DNA from: Paramoeba atlantica
Taxonomy: Eukaryota; Protista; Discosea
Assembly (NCBI GenBank): GCA_977017575.1
Contig: CDRNVI010000021.1
Coordinates: 62,001 to 126,000 of the forward strand
DNA length: 64,000 nt
Direction of reading: 5' to 3'
Positions 31,039 to 42,563 of this stretch are shown here, one piece after another. The first letter of the stretch is position 1, and each line of letters opens with the position of its first letter. Below the pieces are notes generated by a model. The model worked only from the letters and a program-made list of their open reading frames with translations. It did not search any database and was not told where the DNA came from. A program made the position numbers and the translations under genes.

Positions 31039-34000
31039 ATGGGCATGCTCACGCGTGCCGTGGCGAAGAATACGGGGGTAGCTCCCGTTGTTCAATCGCT
31101 TCCCCCCACGCGCCGCAAGAAGCTCCCAAAGGACCTGCCAGCGCCGCCCCCATCGCCACCCTCACCGCCGCCACCATCGCCGCCACCACCATCGCCGCCG
31201 CCATCGCCACCGCATCCTCCGCCGCCGCCTCCATCACTGTCTCCGCCGCCGCCTCCATCACCGCCGCCTCCATCACAGTCGCCACCGCCGCCTACGCAAC
31301 AGTCACCGCCGCCACCGCCTAACTCCACACCTTCCTCAACATGGCCGCTTGTGACTTTGACACCATCCTTGGCGCCATCTTCCCCGTCTGCGCAGCTTTC
31401 CCAGCAGCCGCTCGAGCCATCCATTGGGGCTATCACTGCGCCGCTTTCTTCACCACCCGCGCGTCCCAGCATGCACTCCTTTTCTCGAAGAGCGCGCGCA
31501 AGGGCCAACGATCTGAAAAGGGACAACAAAATACCACCGGAGATCATTGCACAGCCGTATCCATTGACATCACTATCGTTACCTCCGCCTTTACCGCCGC
31601 CACATTCGTTGTCCCCCCCTCCCATGCCGAAGTCACTATCGGAACCATCGCCATTACAAAAACAAACACTGCCAAGGGATGCCACCAAGCAAAGCGAGCC
31701 CGCTTGCACGGTTAGAATTAAAAACGCAATTATTTCCTCCAGCTTTTTCAACCGACTAGCGAAACATTCCAAAGCACATCAAACAAACGTCAACAAGGAA
31801 TCAAGACATGGAAGTCCAACGATTCGCCACCCAGAGGGCAGAATCAATTTGAAAACTATCTCAGCAAGGTCAACAACATTCTTGAGTTGCAGCAAGGAAT
31901 CGACTTATGCGCAAACAGCCACTCCTCCTCCGAAAGATCCTGGCAATACTGACGAGCTTGCGCTCCGTCCCCTGAATCCCACTGCCCACCTAATGGGTGA
32001 TTTTCGTAGAAAGCTCAAAGAGCAACAGACACCCGAAGAACAACAGAGCCGCGGTGCACCGAGTCAAACATCCATTAACGAATCGCCAGACGTGGGAATT
32101 CTTCAAGGGCCAGTGGAAAATTTGGAGTATCCCGATGACCAGCTTCTGACGCCCTTTGCGAATGCCAGTCGTCCGCCGGAACTGCACCACGAATCCAATC
32201 AAATGAATCCGAATCCAAGCGACCGCGAAGCTCCCGAGACGCCAAGCGTTGAAGTTGTCTTTCATGAATGTGACTCAACTCCGCATGAGAATCGCGACGA
32301 TCTGTTGCCTCCGAATCCAATTGACATCAACCAAGAGCTTTTCGCAGCGAATGAACAGGAGCACCCGTTTTGTTCCATAAACCCCACCGTACAGTTCCCT
32401 ATGACGCATGAAGACATATCTGCATGCATCAAACATGCGAAAGCGGGTGACAAGTGTACAGTTGCTTGGACGTTCGATTGCCAAGGAACCATTAACGTCT
32501 CGAGAGGAGCAGTCACAACGGTCAATCGCAGAGGGGGAAAAACGAAAATCTCAGTGGACTACGAGGGGGTTCGGGGCCACCAAGCGAGCCTTGATTTCAA
32601 GGGATTTCTTCCCCCTCAATCGAATGTTCGGGTCTACAGAATAAGATGGGACACAGAACGTCCGCACACTCAACAAAGCCATCCGCAGAATGAAAGCAAC
32701 ATTGCCACAAAACATACAGAGGATGATCTTGATCAAATGCCCATGCCAACTCTTCGGACCATAAGCTCTGAATTTGCTCCCTGCGTAGTCGCAGTCTACA
32801 GAGACATCATGCGATCATACGCCGATTGCTCGTGCTCAAAGAGAAATGAAATTTGGAACCAGGTTCTATCCGCAATGAAATTTTCGCTTGCTTCCGTTCG
32901 TGCTGCAACAAACCGTCGCCGACGCAAACGTCGCCCAATAAGCTACGACCGAGAGGCCGAAACAGAAAATCAGCCTTCTAAGTCGGATTTAGCGGACAAA
33001 CGGGCTACTCGAAAAGCAACGCGCCTGGTTCTGGAGGGTTGCGTCTCCAAGGCTACCAAAGTTCTTGATCAAGAGGTTCGTCCCCAAGAATTAACGGATG
33101 AAGAGGTTTTTGCCAAGTTACAAGACCTTCATCCGCGAAAGCACCATGCCCTTTGCCTACCAAATGATGCACCTGAAATAGCAATAATATCTACAGAGGA
33201 GCTTCGCGCGGCAGGGAGAAGGCTGGTCAAGGGGTCGGCGCCGGGACCGACGGGCACCACGGATGGCATTGTTCGGTTGCTCCTCGACGACGAAGTGTGC
33301 TGCGTTGCGATGTGCTACATGTTCTCTGACCTCATCAATGGATTCCTGTCTGTGCAAGTTATGAATCGCTTGAAAAGAGCGCGTCTAATTGCCATCCCGA
33401 AACAAGGTGGGGGAGTGCGTCCCATCTCGGTAGGAGAAGTATTCTTGAAGTTAGCCGACCTCTTGCTTGTGATGCGACATGAACATACCCTGGAAAAGCT
33501 TTTCGCGCCGTTGCAGTTCGGGGTCTCGGTGAAGTCCGGTTGCGAGAAGGTCGTGCATCGTCTCCATGACCACTTTCTGGCAGGAAACGCAATACTCTCT
33601 ATCGACCTGGCCAACGCCTTCAATTCACCGCCGCGAAGCGAAATAGCGAAAGCAGTTTTCGGTTTACACACCTTGCGCCCTTTTCACCGCCTTTTCCACG
33701 CGGAATACTCCGAAGCGTCTGAGCTACTCTTCTACGGAAGGGATGGCCATTATCATGGCTCTGTCGAAAGTACGGCGGGTGTACGCCAAGGATCCCCCCT
33801 CTCGACATTGTTCTTCTGCGCATTTCTTCAACCTATACTAGAAACAATCGCCTCCGAGTTTCCAGACGTAAAACTATTTGCTTATGTGGATGATATCAAT
33901 TTGGCCTCAGAAAATACGAATTCCATTGTGAAGGCCTTCGAGAGACTACACACGCTACTTACTGAAAAGCAGGTAAAAATGGCGAAACAAAAGTGTGTGT

Positions 34001-35347
34001 GGTTTGGTGGTCTAAACATGATACCGGTGCCTGACAAACTGAAGTCCGAAGGAGTCATAACTGCATCTAAAACAACCAAAACGCTCGGGGCATACACTGG
34101 CGATTCTTCCGCAGTAAGCCTGCAATTACAAGACAAGCTCAAAAAACATTCTACGTGTTTCAGAAGGCTGGAAACAATGGGGCTGAATAATATATCACTC
34201 TTACTGTTATCTAAAAGCATCAATGTACGACATAAATTCCATCTTCGTGTGCACACGCCAGACGCGACAGAAGCGCTTTGTAAGCAATTTGACGAGAAAG
34301 TTGAAGCAGTGCTGCAAACTTGGCTTGGAAAGCTATCCGAAAAACATTTATCATGGTGTCGCCTTCCGGTGAAACAGGGGGGTCTAGGGCTTGTTTCGTC
34401 CAACGAAATACGGACATCATCCTACAACGCTTCAAAACGCGTCTCTCTAGAGCATCTGAAAACCAATTCAGCTCGGGTGACGGGTGTGGAAGTGTGCAAG
34501 GTTGGTGAGGCAAGCGCATCTATAGAAGTGACGGAGGCCGTGGCTAACCAGCGCGCGCACAAAGAGTTGTTGAAAGACAAGGACCTCTCACCACTAGTTC
34601 AAGTCTGCAGCGAAAAGGGCAATAATGACTGGCTCCAAGCGAAGTCAAGATACATCCCATCCCCACAATTCACGTTGATGATCATGGCTCGCCTAGGGTT
34701 GGCTCACAGCGAGATGCCCAATACAATACTGTGCCCCGGATGCAAAATGATACTCGAAGCGAAAAATGCGTTACCACACTTCCTGGGATGTGAAATGTTT
34801 CGGCTCAAATGCTACTACACGGCACAATGCCTTAGTTCGACACATATACGATCTGTGCCTGAAAGCTGGTCTCCCGTGCGAGCGAGAGCCTCTGCAGTTC
34901 TCGACATTTCGTTGTGTGAAGTGTGCAGAAACGGTGGCTGATGGCCAAAAACTACATCATCAGAGGAAATGTGGCACACATTCGTTTCACCGCAGTGGAC
35001 CTGACTTAGTCGTGTTCTGGGCGACAGGCGAAGTTTATTACGATCTCACAGTAGTCAACGAACTTGCGAAATCACACTTGGGAAAAAAAGCGAGTCACCT
35101 ATTACAAGAGGCTCAAAAAAAGAAAGTCGCAACATATGTGGACTCCAATTTAATTCCGCGCGAGCAATTCGTATGCCTACCGCTCTTGACAGGTGGTGCC
35201 ATGAACAAGAGCACTATAAATTTCCTCCATAGCCTCGCGGATGCAAACGGATTCGAACGCCGTCATATTCTTGAGGACTTCAAGTTGCTTCTTCAAGAAT
35301 TGAACGGAGCTCTCCTGGCTTCGCAACTGCGAAAGACAATGCAATAA
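31039..35347 (+). mobile_element. CRE lineage 2 copy c, full-length ORF with proline-rich N-terminus; frameshift near 34790; A-tail near 35537-35548
   Basis: 1300-aa ORF plus 34766..35347; YVDD, CPGC, RSGPDL..YYDLTV. Confidence 0.92.
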
Positions 35348-35549
35348 AACAGGTCATCTCATATTACAAGATGTTATTATTACAAGATTTTATCATTACA
35401 AAGATCACTATCAGATTACAACCAAACATTAAATGATTGAGATACAGTTTATTTCTGTTATATCGCTCGCGTAGCTTATGGACTATTATTATTAGTTTAC
35501 GTGATGAAATTTAGACGAGTATATTATAAGATTTTAAAAAAAAAAAAAT

Positions 35550-37457
35550 TTGCATCGAGTTGACGACGCTATTGGAGTGAAAAGAGATTTAAGCTGTGGA
35601 TTCTATCAAGTACCACTTCCTCTAGCTGCGCGTTGTAAATTTCGCTTTTCATCAAAAGGCCGTACTTATGAAATGAACGTTCTTCCGATGGGGCATAGGT
35701 GTGCCCCAGAAATCATGCATACGATAACTTCCGCCCTTGGGGGACTTATCACAGTGTGTAGCGCTAAATCTGCTTTTACACGAGGAGCTATGGATGTGTA
35801 CGTTGATGGAGTTCGGTTTTCGGGAACTGTGGAACAAGCGCAGGAGTACGCACGCTTTGTGGATAAACGGTGCGATGAGATGGGAGGAAAATTCAAGGAG
35901 AAAGGTCATGAGCCGACACAGCACTATGTATTTAATGGAGTTCATTACGATCACGTCAATCACAAGGTCAGCCTGGGACCACGTGTGGTGCGTAAGTTGC
36001 AGAATGACAGATTTTACTCGTTAAGCTTCAAAGATCTGGAGGCGGCGGTGGGGCGCCTTCTGTACGCATCTGCTGTGCTTGGTATAGTCATTCCGCGATT
36101 TCATTTCGCTGTCAAGATTGTTCAGCGACGAATTAATTTGTTGAATCGATGTCCGTGGATAGGTAATAAGTCTGTTGACCTTCCACGAAAAACACGTATT
36201 ATTTTGGCACAATGGAGGGATGAGGTAGTATTAAATACTCCGATTAAAGCTCCACTTCATCCAGATTTCGTTCCTCACAAACATCGTCTTTACACAGATG
36301 CTTCTCGCAAAGGGTGGGGAGGGATTCTGTATCTGGATACAGGAGAGGTTTTGATAACAGGCAAGCCATGGGAAGCCGGAACAACGTATGAAGTAAACAA
36401 TGCTGAAGCTACGGCTGTAAGGTTGGCTCTTGAAGAATTCGGTGAGCATTTTGAAAGCGGAACGTGCCTGGATCTTTTTGTGGACAACACTTCATGTAAA
36501 GAGGCACTGAATAGGAAAACTTCTAAGTCGGACAATATTGCACGTCAATTGCGCATGGTTTTAGAGGAAGCGAAAAGGAAAGGGATATGCATTCAGGCAC
36601 GTTACATTGCCTCGTCAGAGAATCCAGCAGACCCGATTAGCAGGAAATTTTAGCCTGGGACTTAGGAGAAGTTCCCCAAGGAATATCACGAGTGCTCGGG
36701 TAGTGTTAAATGTGACTAGTGATCGGGTTGGTTGGCTGCGGGTTGCGCGGACGGGCATTCCCGTTCACAACGTTATTAGTTTATTTGGTACTCTTTTAGC
36801 ATTGATTATGATAGGTTATGACGATCTCACTTAGTCTCTTGGGTTTATTTCCATAAATACACTACAGGAAAGATATATCTTCGTAAGATCATTGAGAAAT
36901 CAGCAGTCTTCAAATTTCTTATTATTGCTTCCATATATTTTTATATACTAGTTCTACTAGATGTTTTATGAGCAGCCCGACCTGGATTTCTATAAGTTTA
37001 CGATTTGAAATTCAGGAGGGCAAACATTATGCTCCATACTGTTGTAGTTTTGGGCTTAGGAATATTATTCGAATTATATCACCGTTTTTTCTAATCATGA
37101 ACAATTTGACATATACACAATTATTTGACTATTTTAGAGACTATTTTCATCCGAACGTTACCACTAGTTTTTGTGCCCACCCACCAGCCCCCAACCATTT
37201 GGCTGCGGGTTGCGCGGACGGGCATTCCCGTTCACAACGTTATTAGTTTATTTGGTACTCTTTTAGCATTGATTATGATAGGTTATGACGATCTCACTTA
37301 GTCTCTTGGGTTTATTTCCATATATACACTACAGGAAAGATATATCTTCGTAAGATCATTGAGAAATCAGCAGTCTTCAAATTTCTTATTATTGCTTCCA
37401 TATATTTTTATATACTAGTTCTACTAGATGTTTTATGAGCAGCCCGACCTGGATTTC
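35550..37457 (+). mobile_element. 3' part of VIPER-like element family E: RT/RH (35550-36653), B1 36732-36990, A2 36991-37157, B2 37199-37457
   Basis: YVDG RT, RNase H motifs, B1-A2-B2 repeats. Confidence 0.88.
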
Positions 37458-39492
37458 GCAACCAATTTTAGAGATCGTTGCTTCAGAATTCCCGGCACTT
37501 CGCATATACGCCTACATCGACGACATCAGCTTCGCATCAAAGGACTCAGAACTAATTGCCAACGCTTACAACCGTCTTCGAGTTTTATTGACTGCTAAGC
37601 TAGTGGAATTATCCCCAACAAAATGCGTCTGGTTTGAAGGCATCGAAAGAATCCCCATTCCGCACGTCTTGCAGGAGGCGGGAGTTTTATCCGAAAGCCG
37701 GGCTACCAAAATTTTGGGGGCCTTCGTCGGAGAGAAAGAAAGCGTTAGCGAAAAATTAGTCCAAAAAGTTGTGAAGCATCAAGCAGCTTTCCGGCGCCTA
37801 CAGCACATGGGGGCCAGCAACGTCTCTATCGTTTTACTATCGCACTGCGTGAATATGCGTCACAGGTACGACATACGAGTACATCTTCCTGATGCGTCTT
37901 TGGAACTCAGTCGGCAGTTTGATTCCCAGGTGGCAAACACGCTATGTTCATGGTTCGGGAACCTCAACGAAGACCAAATATCATGGATGAGGCTACCACT
38001 GAAGAAAGGAGGACTCGGGCTCACCCCAACTGAACCGATTCGCGAAGCAGCGTTCTTCAAATCCAAACGAGCAGTTATGGAGCGACCAATTCATCTTTCA
38101 GCTCCCGCTACTCTAATGGATTTGCCAGCGCTGAACTCGCTCTCCAGCCAACGACCTCTCACTGATGAAGCGGTTACGGAAGAAGTCCACCACAATGCAG
38201 TGCGCGAGTCTTTGATGAAAGACAAGGGTCAGGCTGATAACATTCGTGTGGCCAGTGCGAAAGGGAATTACAATTGGCTCACCGCTTGCACCAAATTCAT
38301 TCCTTCGCGACTTTTCACGTTGGCGATAATGCCCCGTTTCGGAATAGAGCATCCGTTGCTACCATCGAAGGTACAATGTCCTGGGTGCCACGTTCTCCTC
38401 ACCTCCAGCAGCGCAATTGCTCACGTGTCCGGATGCGTTAAATGTTCTGGGATTAACGCTACCACAAAACACAACAGAATGGTGCGTCAACTCTATACGC
38501 TATGTATTAAGGCCGGCATTCCCTGCGAGCTCGAACCTAGACAATTCGCGACATACACCTGCGGAAAGTGCGGTACCACTGTTGACGGTGAAAATAAAGC
38601 GTCACACCAAAGGACTTGCGGATCTGGTTCATTCCACCATTCCGGGCCAGATTTAGTCATCCATTGGGCAGACGGGGACATCTTTTATGATTTTACCGTC
38701 ATACACGAGCTTTCACAATCCAACATCAAACGCAGCGGCGCAATTCTCATGCGAGACGCTATCAAGATCATTTACGCTCAGGCAAAATGAAGAGACAGGA
38801 AGTTTCCTTCTTCCTGCTGAGGAGTGCACGTCTCTTGCGTGACGCATGTCACCTCAAAAATCAAAATACAACACTGCATATGGTGTTCTTGATATTCAGG
38901 TCTGCGGTGCCTGCAATCATTATTTATGCTAACTTCTTTTTCTAGTTTTGCTGAGATAAATTTCGTTGCGATGAAATTCTACCGCGATAAAAATTCTGAA
39001 AAGATAAAATTATGCTGCGATAAATTTCTGCAAAGATAAAATTATGCTGTGATAAATTTCTGCAAGGATAACTTTCTGCCGATAGATGACTGCCGATAAA
39101 TTTCTGCCGATAAATTTCTGCCGATAAAATTGTGCTGCGGGCAAATTCAGATGGGAATTGTTAAAAAATCTTATAAAAAGAACTGCAAAAAAAAAAAAGA
39201 AAATTTCGATAGAAATAAATTTTTTATAGCTATCAAGCGTAAGATTAACCGGTACATCGTGTCGAGCTTAATTCCGACACAGCAGTTTTTGTGCATTCCC
39301 ATGCTTTCTGGAGGCGCCATGCATCTAAACACCAAGGAATTATTGTCGGCTCTTGCAGATGCATGTGGACTGGCACGCGATAAGATTCACCAGGATTTCG
39401 CTTTGCAATTGCAAGAACTGAATGGTTCGGTCGCAATGTCTCAATTTAGGAAATACTTGGCACCAGTCGATGGAGATGAAACGGCCCTGTGA
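37458..39492 (+). pseudogene. CRE lineage 2 3' fragment, split by insertion 38767-39228
   Basis: AYIDD, CPGC, HSGPDL..YDF; MRDAIK|RKINRY restored. Confidence 0.85.
38767..39228 (+). mobile_element. 462-bp non-coding insertion with 9-bp TSD (GCTATCAAG), internal 14-15-bp minisatellite and A-rich tail
   Basis: TSD at 38758-38766 and 39229-39237. Confidence 0.75.
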
Positions 39493-39759
39493 ATACCAGT
39501 TGAATGCCGTTAGCGAGGTGCGTTAAAAAAAATAGGAAATCTTTAACGGTGCATTTTGAATACACGATAAATCAAGAATACCACAATAGTGTTCATTCAT
39601 TAACAAAAGAAATACGAAGAAATCTACCTGATGACATCAGGGATGCAGGGGTGAGAAATGAAGAAGATGCACTGAAAACACTCGGAGCTTTTATAGGAGA
39701 TGATGATATTATTACAAGATTTTATTATTACAAGCCAAAAATGCTAGCAACAAATCGTT

Positions 39760-40079
39760 CTTCCGATGCTCGTCTTGGTGATAGCGTGGGGCATTGCGTT
39801 CGGCAGCTCCAATACCAAAGTAGCGACGCAAATGAGCGTCCAATTCCATCTGTGGTGCCAGTTGGGCCGGGGGCAGATCCTTTGGCTAATCGCCGTCCTG
39901 CAGCTCTCAATTCTTCAGTCGATAGGATGGCAATTTCAGGAGAATCGGGCGGAAGATCGAAAGTATCCCAGTTTTGAGGATTTAGATCCCGCAACTTTTG
40001 GCATATCTCTTGATCATTTAGCGTGTGCTTTTGAACCTTTTGGTCCAAGACTTTTGCTGCCTTGGATACGCATCCTACT
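39760..40079 (-). pseudogene. Short CRE lineage 2 RT fragment
   Basis: LPPDSPEIAILSTEELRAAGRRLAKGSAPGPTGTTD. Confidence 0.8.
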
Positions 40080-40342
40080 TTCGATGAAGCACATTGAAAG
40101 TGTACACTTTCAATGAATCTTCATCGAAGGTGTTTTTGACTTTTTTTTTATTTTTTCAAATCTTCACGCAAACGTTTTTCGCGGATCCATATAGACATTT
40201 TGACTTTTTTGGTGCTTCATCGAAGTGTTTTGTGAAGGCTCGTAGAGGAATTTCACCGTTTCTTAATAGTCCACGTTTTGAAATTTAGCCGAGGGGCTGT
40301 TATGTATTTGCCTGCTGGCCCTTCGGGGCACATAGTTTCTTC

Positions 40343-40774
40343 TATAAGTTTACGATTTGAAATTCAGGAGGGCAAACATTATGCTCCATACTGTTGTAGT
40401 TTTGGGCTTAGGAATATTATTCGAATTATATCACCGTTTTTTCTAATCATGAACAATTTGACATATACACAATTATTTGACTATTTTAGAGACTATTTTC
40501 ATCCGAACGGGTTGGTTGGCTGCGGGTTGCGCGGACGGGCATTCCCGTTCACAACGTTATTAGTTTATTTGGTACTCTTTTAGCATTGATTATGATAGGT
40601 TATGACGATCTCACTTAGTCTCTTGGGTTTATTTCCATAAATACACTACAGGAAAGATATATCTTCGTAAGATCATTGAGAAATCAGCAGTCTTCAAATT
40701 TCTTATTATTGCTTCCATATATTTTTATATACTAGTTCTACTAGATGTTTTATGAGCAGCCCGACCTGGATTTC
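40343..40774 (+). mobile_element. 432-bp A-B mini-element of family E inside the A repeat of family A
   Basis: Matches A2 (36991-37157) plus B1 (36732-36990); flanks rejoin to the family A repeat without TSD. Confidence 0.88.
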
Positions 40775-40866
40775 GAATTATGATTTGTATTCAGAATTTT
40801 ACATGGGATGGGTATTTACTATTATCTTATATATCCTTGTTAGGTTGTTATTTTACTTCGCTTTAA

Positions 40867-42519
40867 GTGCCTTACCTTCGCAGGCACTCCGTTGTTTGTG
40901 CACGCCGCTCTTCACGGCTAGCCAAGGCACACGACGCTCACCTACCTTTGCACGTTAAGAAGTCGATACCTGTTATCCATTTGGATCAGGTTAAGGAGTG
41001 GATGAGTATGTCAGCTGCCACTCGTTTTCGCAAGGTAGTGGATGAATTATTATGGGTACCTAAAGCCCCGTACCCCGAACCTAGTGTGAAAGGTTCATTG
41101 CCTGAGGCGGACGTCCGATTGTTGGAGGACGCAGGCATAATCTCTAAGGTCCCGGCGCAGGAGTTGAGAAAGCGCCCATCGATGCAGTTCATGATTCCCT
41201 TCACGGTTGTGGAGACCGATGATAAGGGCAATCAGCGCAGAAGATTTATTTCATGGACAAGGAACGATAACGATAGATTAAAATCATATGAACCAAAGGT
41301 CCCATTATATCATCCCTCCAAGTATCTTCATAAGGCGCACGAGCCGATGGCTGTGAAGCGGGACTTCACATGCGGGTTTTACCAGATTGGTATCCCGAAG
41401 AGGGCGCGGCCCAAATTCCGCCTTAGAACGACCAGTGGAGACGTGTATGAGATGAACGTCCTCCCGATGGGCCATATGTGTGCACCGGAGGTTATGCACA
41501 CGGTTACCGCCGCGATTGCTGGCGAGGCGTCGATTTGTTCTCAGCGCTACTCGTTTCACCGAGGCGCTATCGACGTTTATGTTGACGGAGTTCGGTTTGC
41601 AGGAACCGACTCCGAGGCCACCACGTACGCTCAGTTCATTGACGAGCGTTGCGACAAAGCGAACGGTCTTTTCAAAGATCGGGGTCAGCCCCCTGAAGTA
41701 CAGTACGTGTTCAATGGGGTGGCGTTCGACCATAACGCGCATACGGTCTGCCTGGGACCGCGAGTGATCAGGAAACTGCGAGCCGACTCTTTCTTCAACA
41801 TTTCCTTTGTTGACCTAGAGGCGGTGGTGGGGCGCCTCATTTATGGCTCCGCAGTTCTCCGACTCAATATGCCGCGGTTTTATTTCGCTTTGAAGGTGGC
41901 GCAACGGCGTATCAACTTGTTGAACCGTTGCCCGAAGTTATGTGACCGTCCGGTCGCACTCCCTGTCGTCACTCGCTCCATGCTAGCAGAGTGGAGAAAC
42001 GAGTTGTTGGAGAATGTTCCACGGTCTCCACCTCCCCATCCCGATGTTGTTCCACACAAGCATCGTCTCTACACCGATGCCTCGGTGAAAGGGTGGGGAG
42101 CGATTATGTATTTAGACAGCGGAGAGGTTTTGATTACGGGAGAGGCGTGGCCTGAGTCATCCTCGTATGAGGTGAATCGTGCGGAAGCTGCAGCAGTCCG
42201 CTTAGCCCTCGAGAAGTTTTCCGCGCATTGCCCCCGTGGAACCTGCTTGGATGTTTTTGTTGACAACACCTCCTGTCAGGCTGCACTGAACAGGAGGATC
42301 TCCAAGTCAAAGGGGGTTTCAATGGAATTGCGCGAAGTCCTGCGACTGACAGAGGACAAAGGTATTTGTGTCAAGGCAGCGTATATATCCACGGATGAGA
42401 ACCCGGCGGATGCTGTCAGTCGCGGGAAGGAGATTGAGATGGAGAAGGTCAAGAGATATGAAGGTAAGATCGAGAGAGACATTAGTGATGTAGACAGTCA
42501 TATTCAGAGAAAACCCTAA
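40867..42519 (+). CDS. RT-RNase H (550 aa open) of element A
   Basis: Close homolog of the C RT; YVDG. Confidence 0.88.
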   Translation: MPYLRRHSVVCARRSSRLAKAHDAHLPLHVKKSIPVIHLDQVKEWMSMSAATRFRKVVDELLWVPKAPYPEPSVKGSLPEADVRLLEDAGIISKVPAQELRKRPSMQFMIPFTVVETDDKGNQRRRFISWTRNDNDRLKSYEPKVPLYHPSKYLHKAHEPMAVKRDFTCGFYQIGIPKRARPKFRLRTTSGDVYEMNVLPMGHMCAPEVMHTVTAAIAGEASICSQRYSFHRGAIDVYVDGVRFAGTDSEATTYAQFIDERCDKANGLFKDRGQPPEVQYVFNGVAFDHNAHTVCLGPRVIRKLRADSFFNISFVDLEAVVGRLIYGSAVLRLNMPRFYFALKVAQRRINLLNRCPKLCDRPVALPVVTRSMLAEWRNELLENVPRSPPPHPDVVPHKHRLYTDASVKGWGAIMYLDSGEVLITGEAWPESSSYEVNRAEAAAVRLALEKFSAHCPRGTCLDVFVDNTSCQAALNRRISKSKGVSMELREVLRLTEDKGICVKAAYISTDENPADAVSRGKEIEMEKVKRYEGKIERDISDVDSHIQRKP

Positions 42520-42563
42520 GGGACAGGATCACCAAATACAAAAAAAAAGACAAGAAAAAAAAA

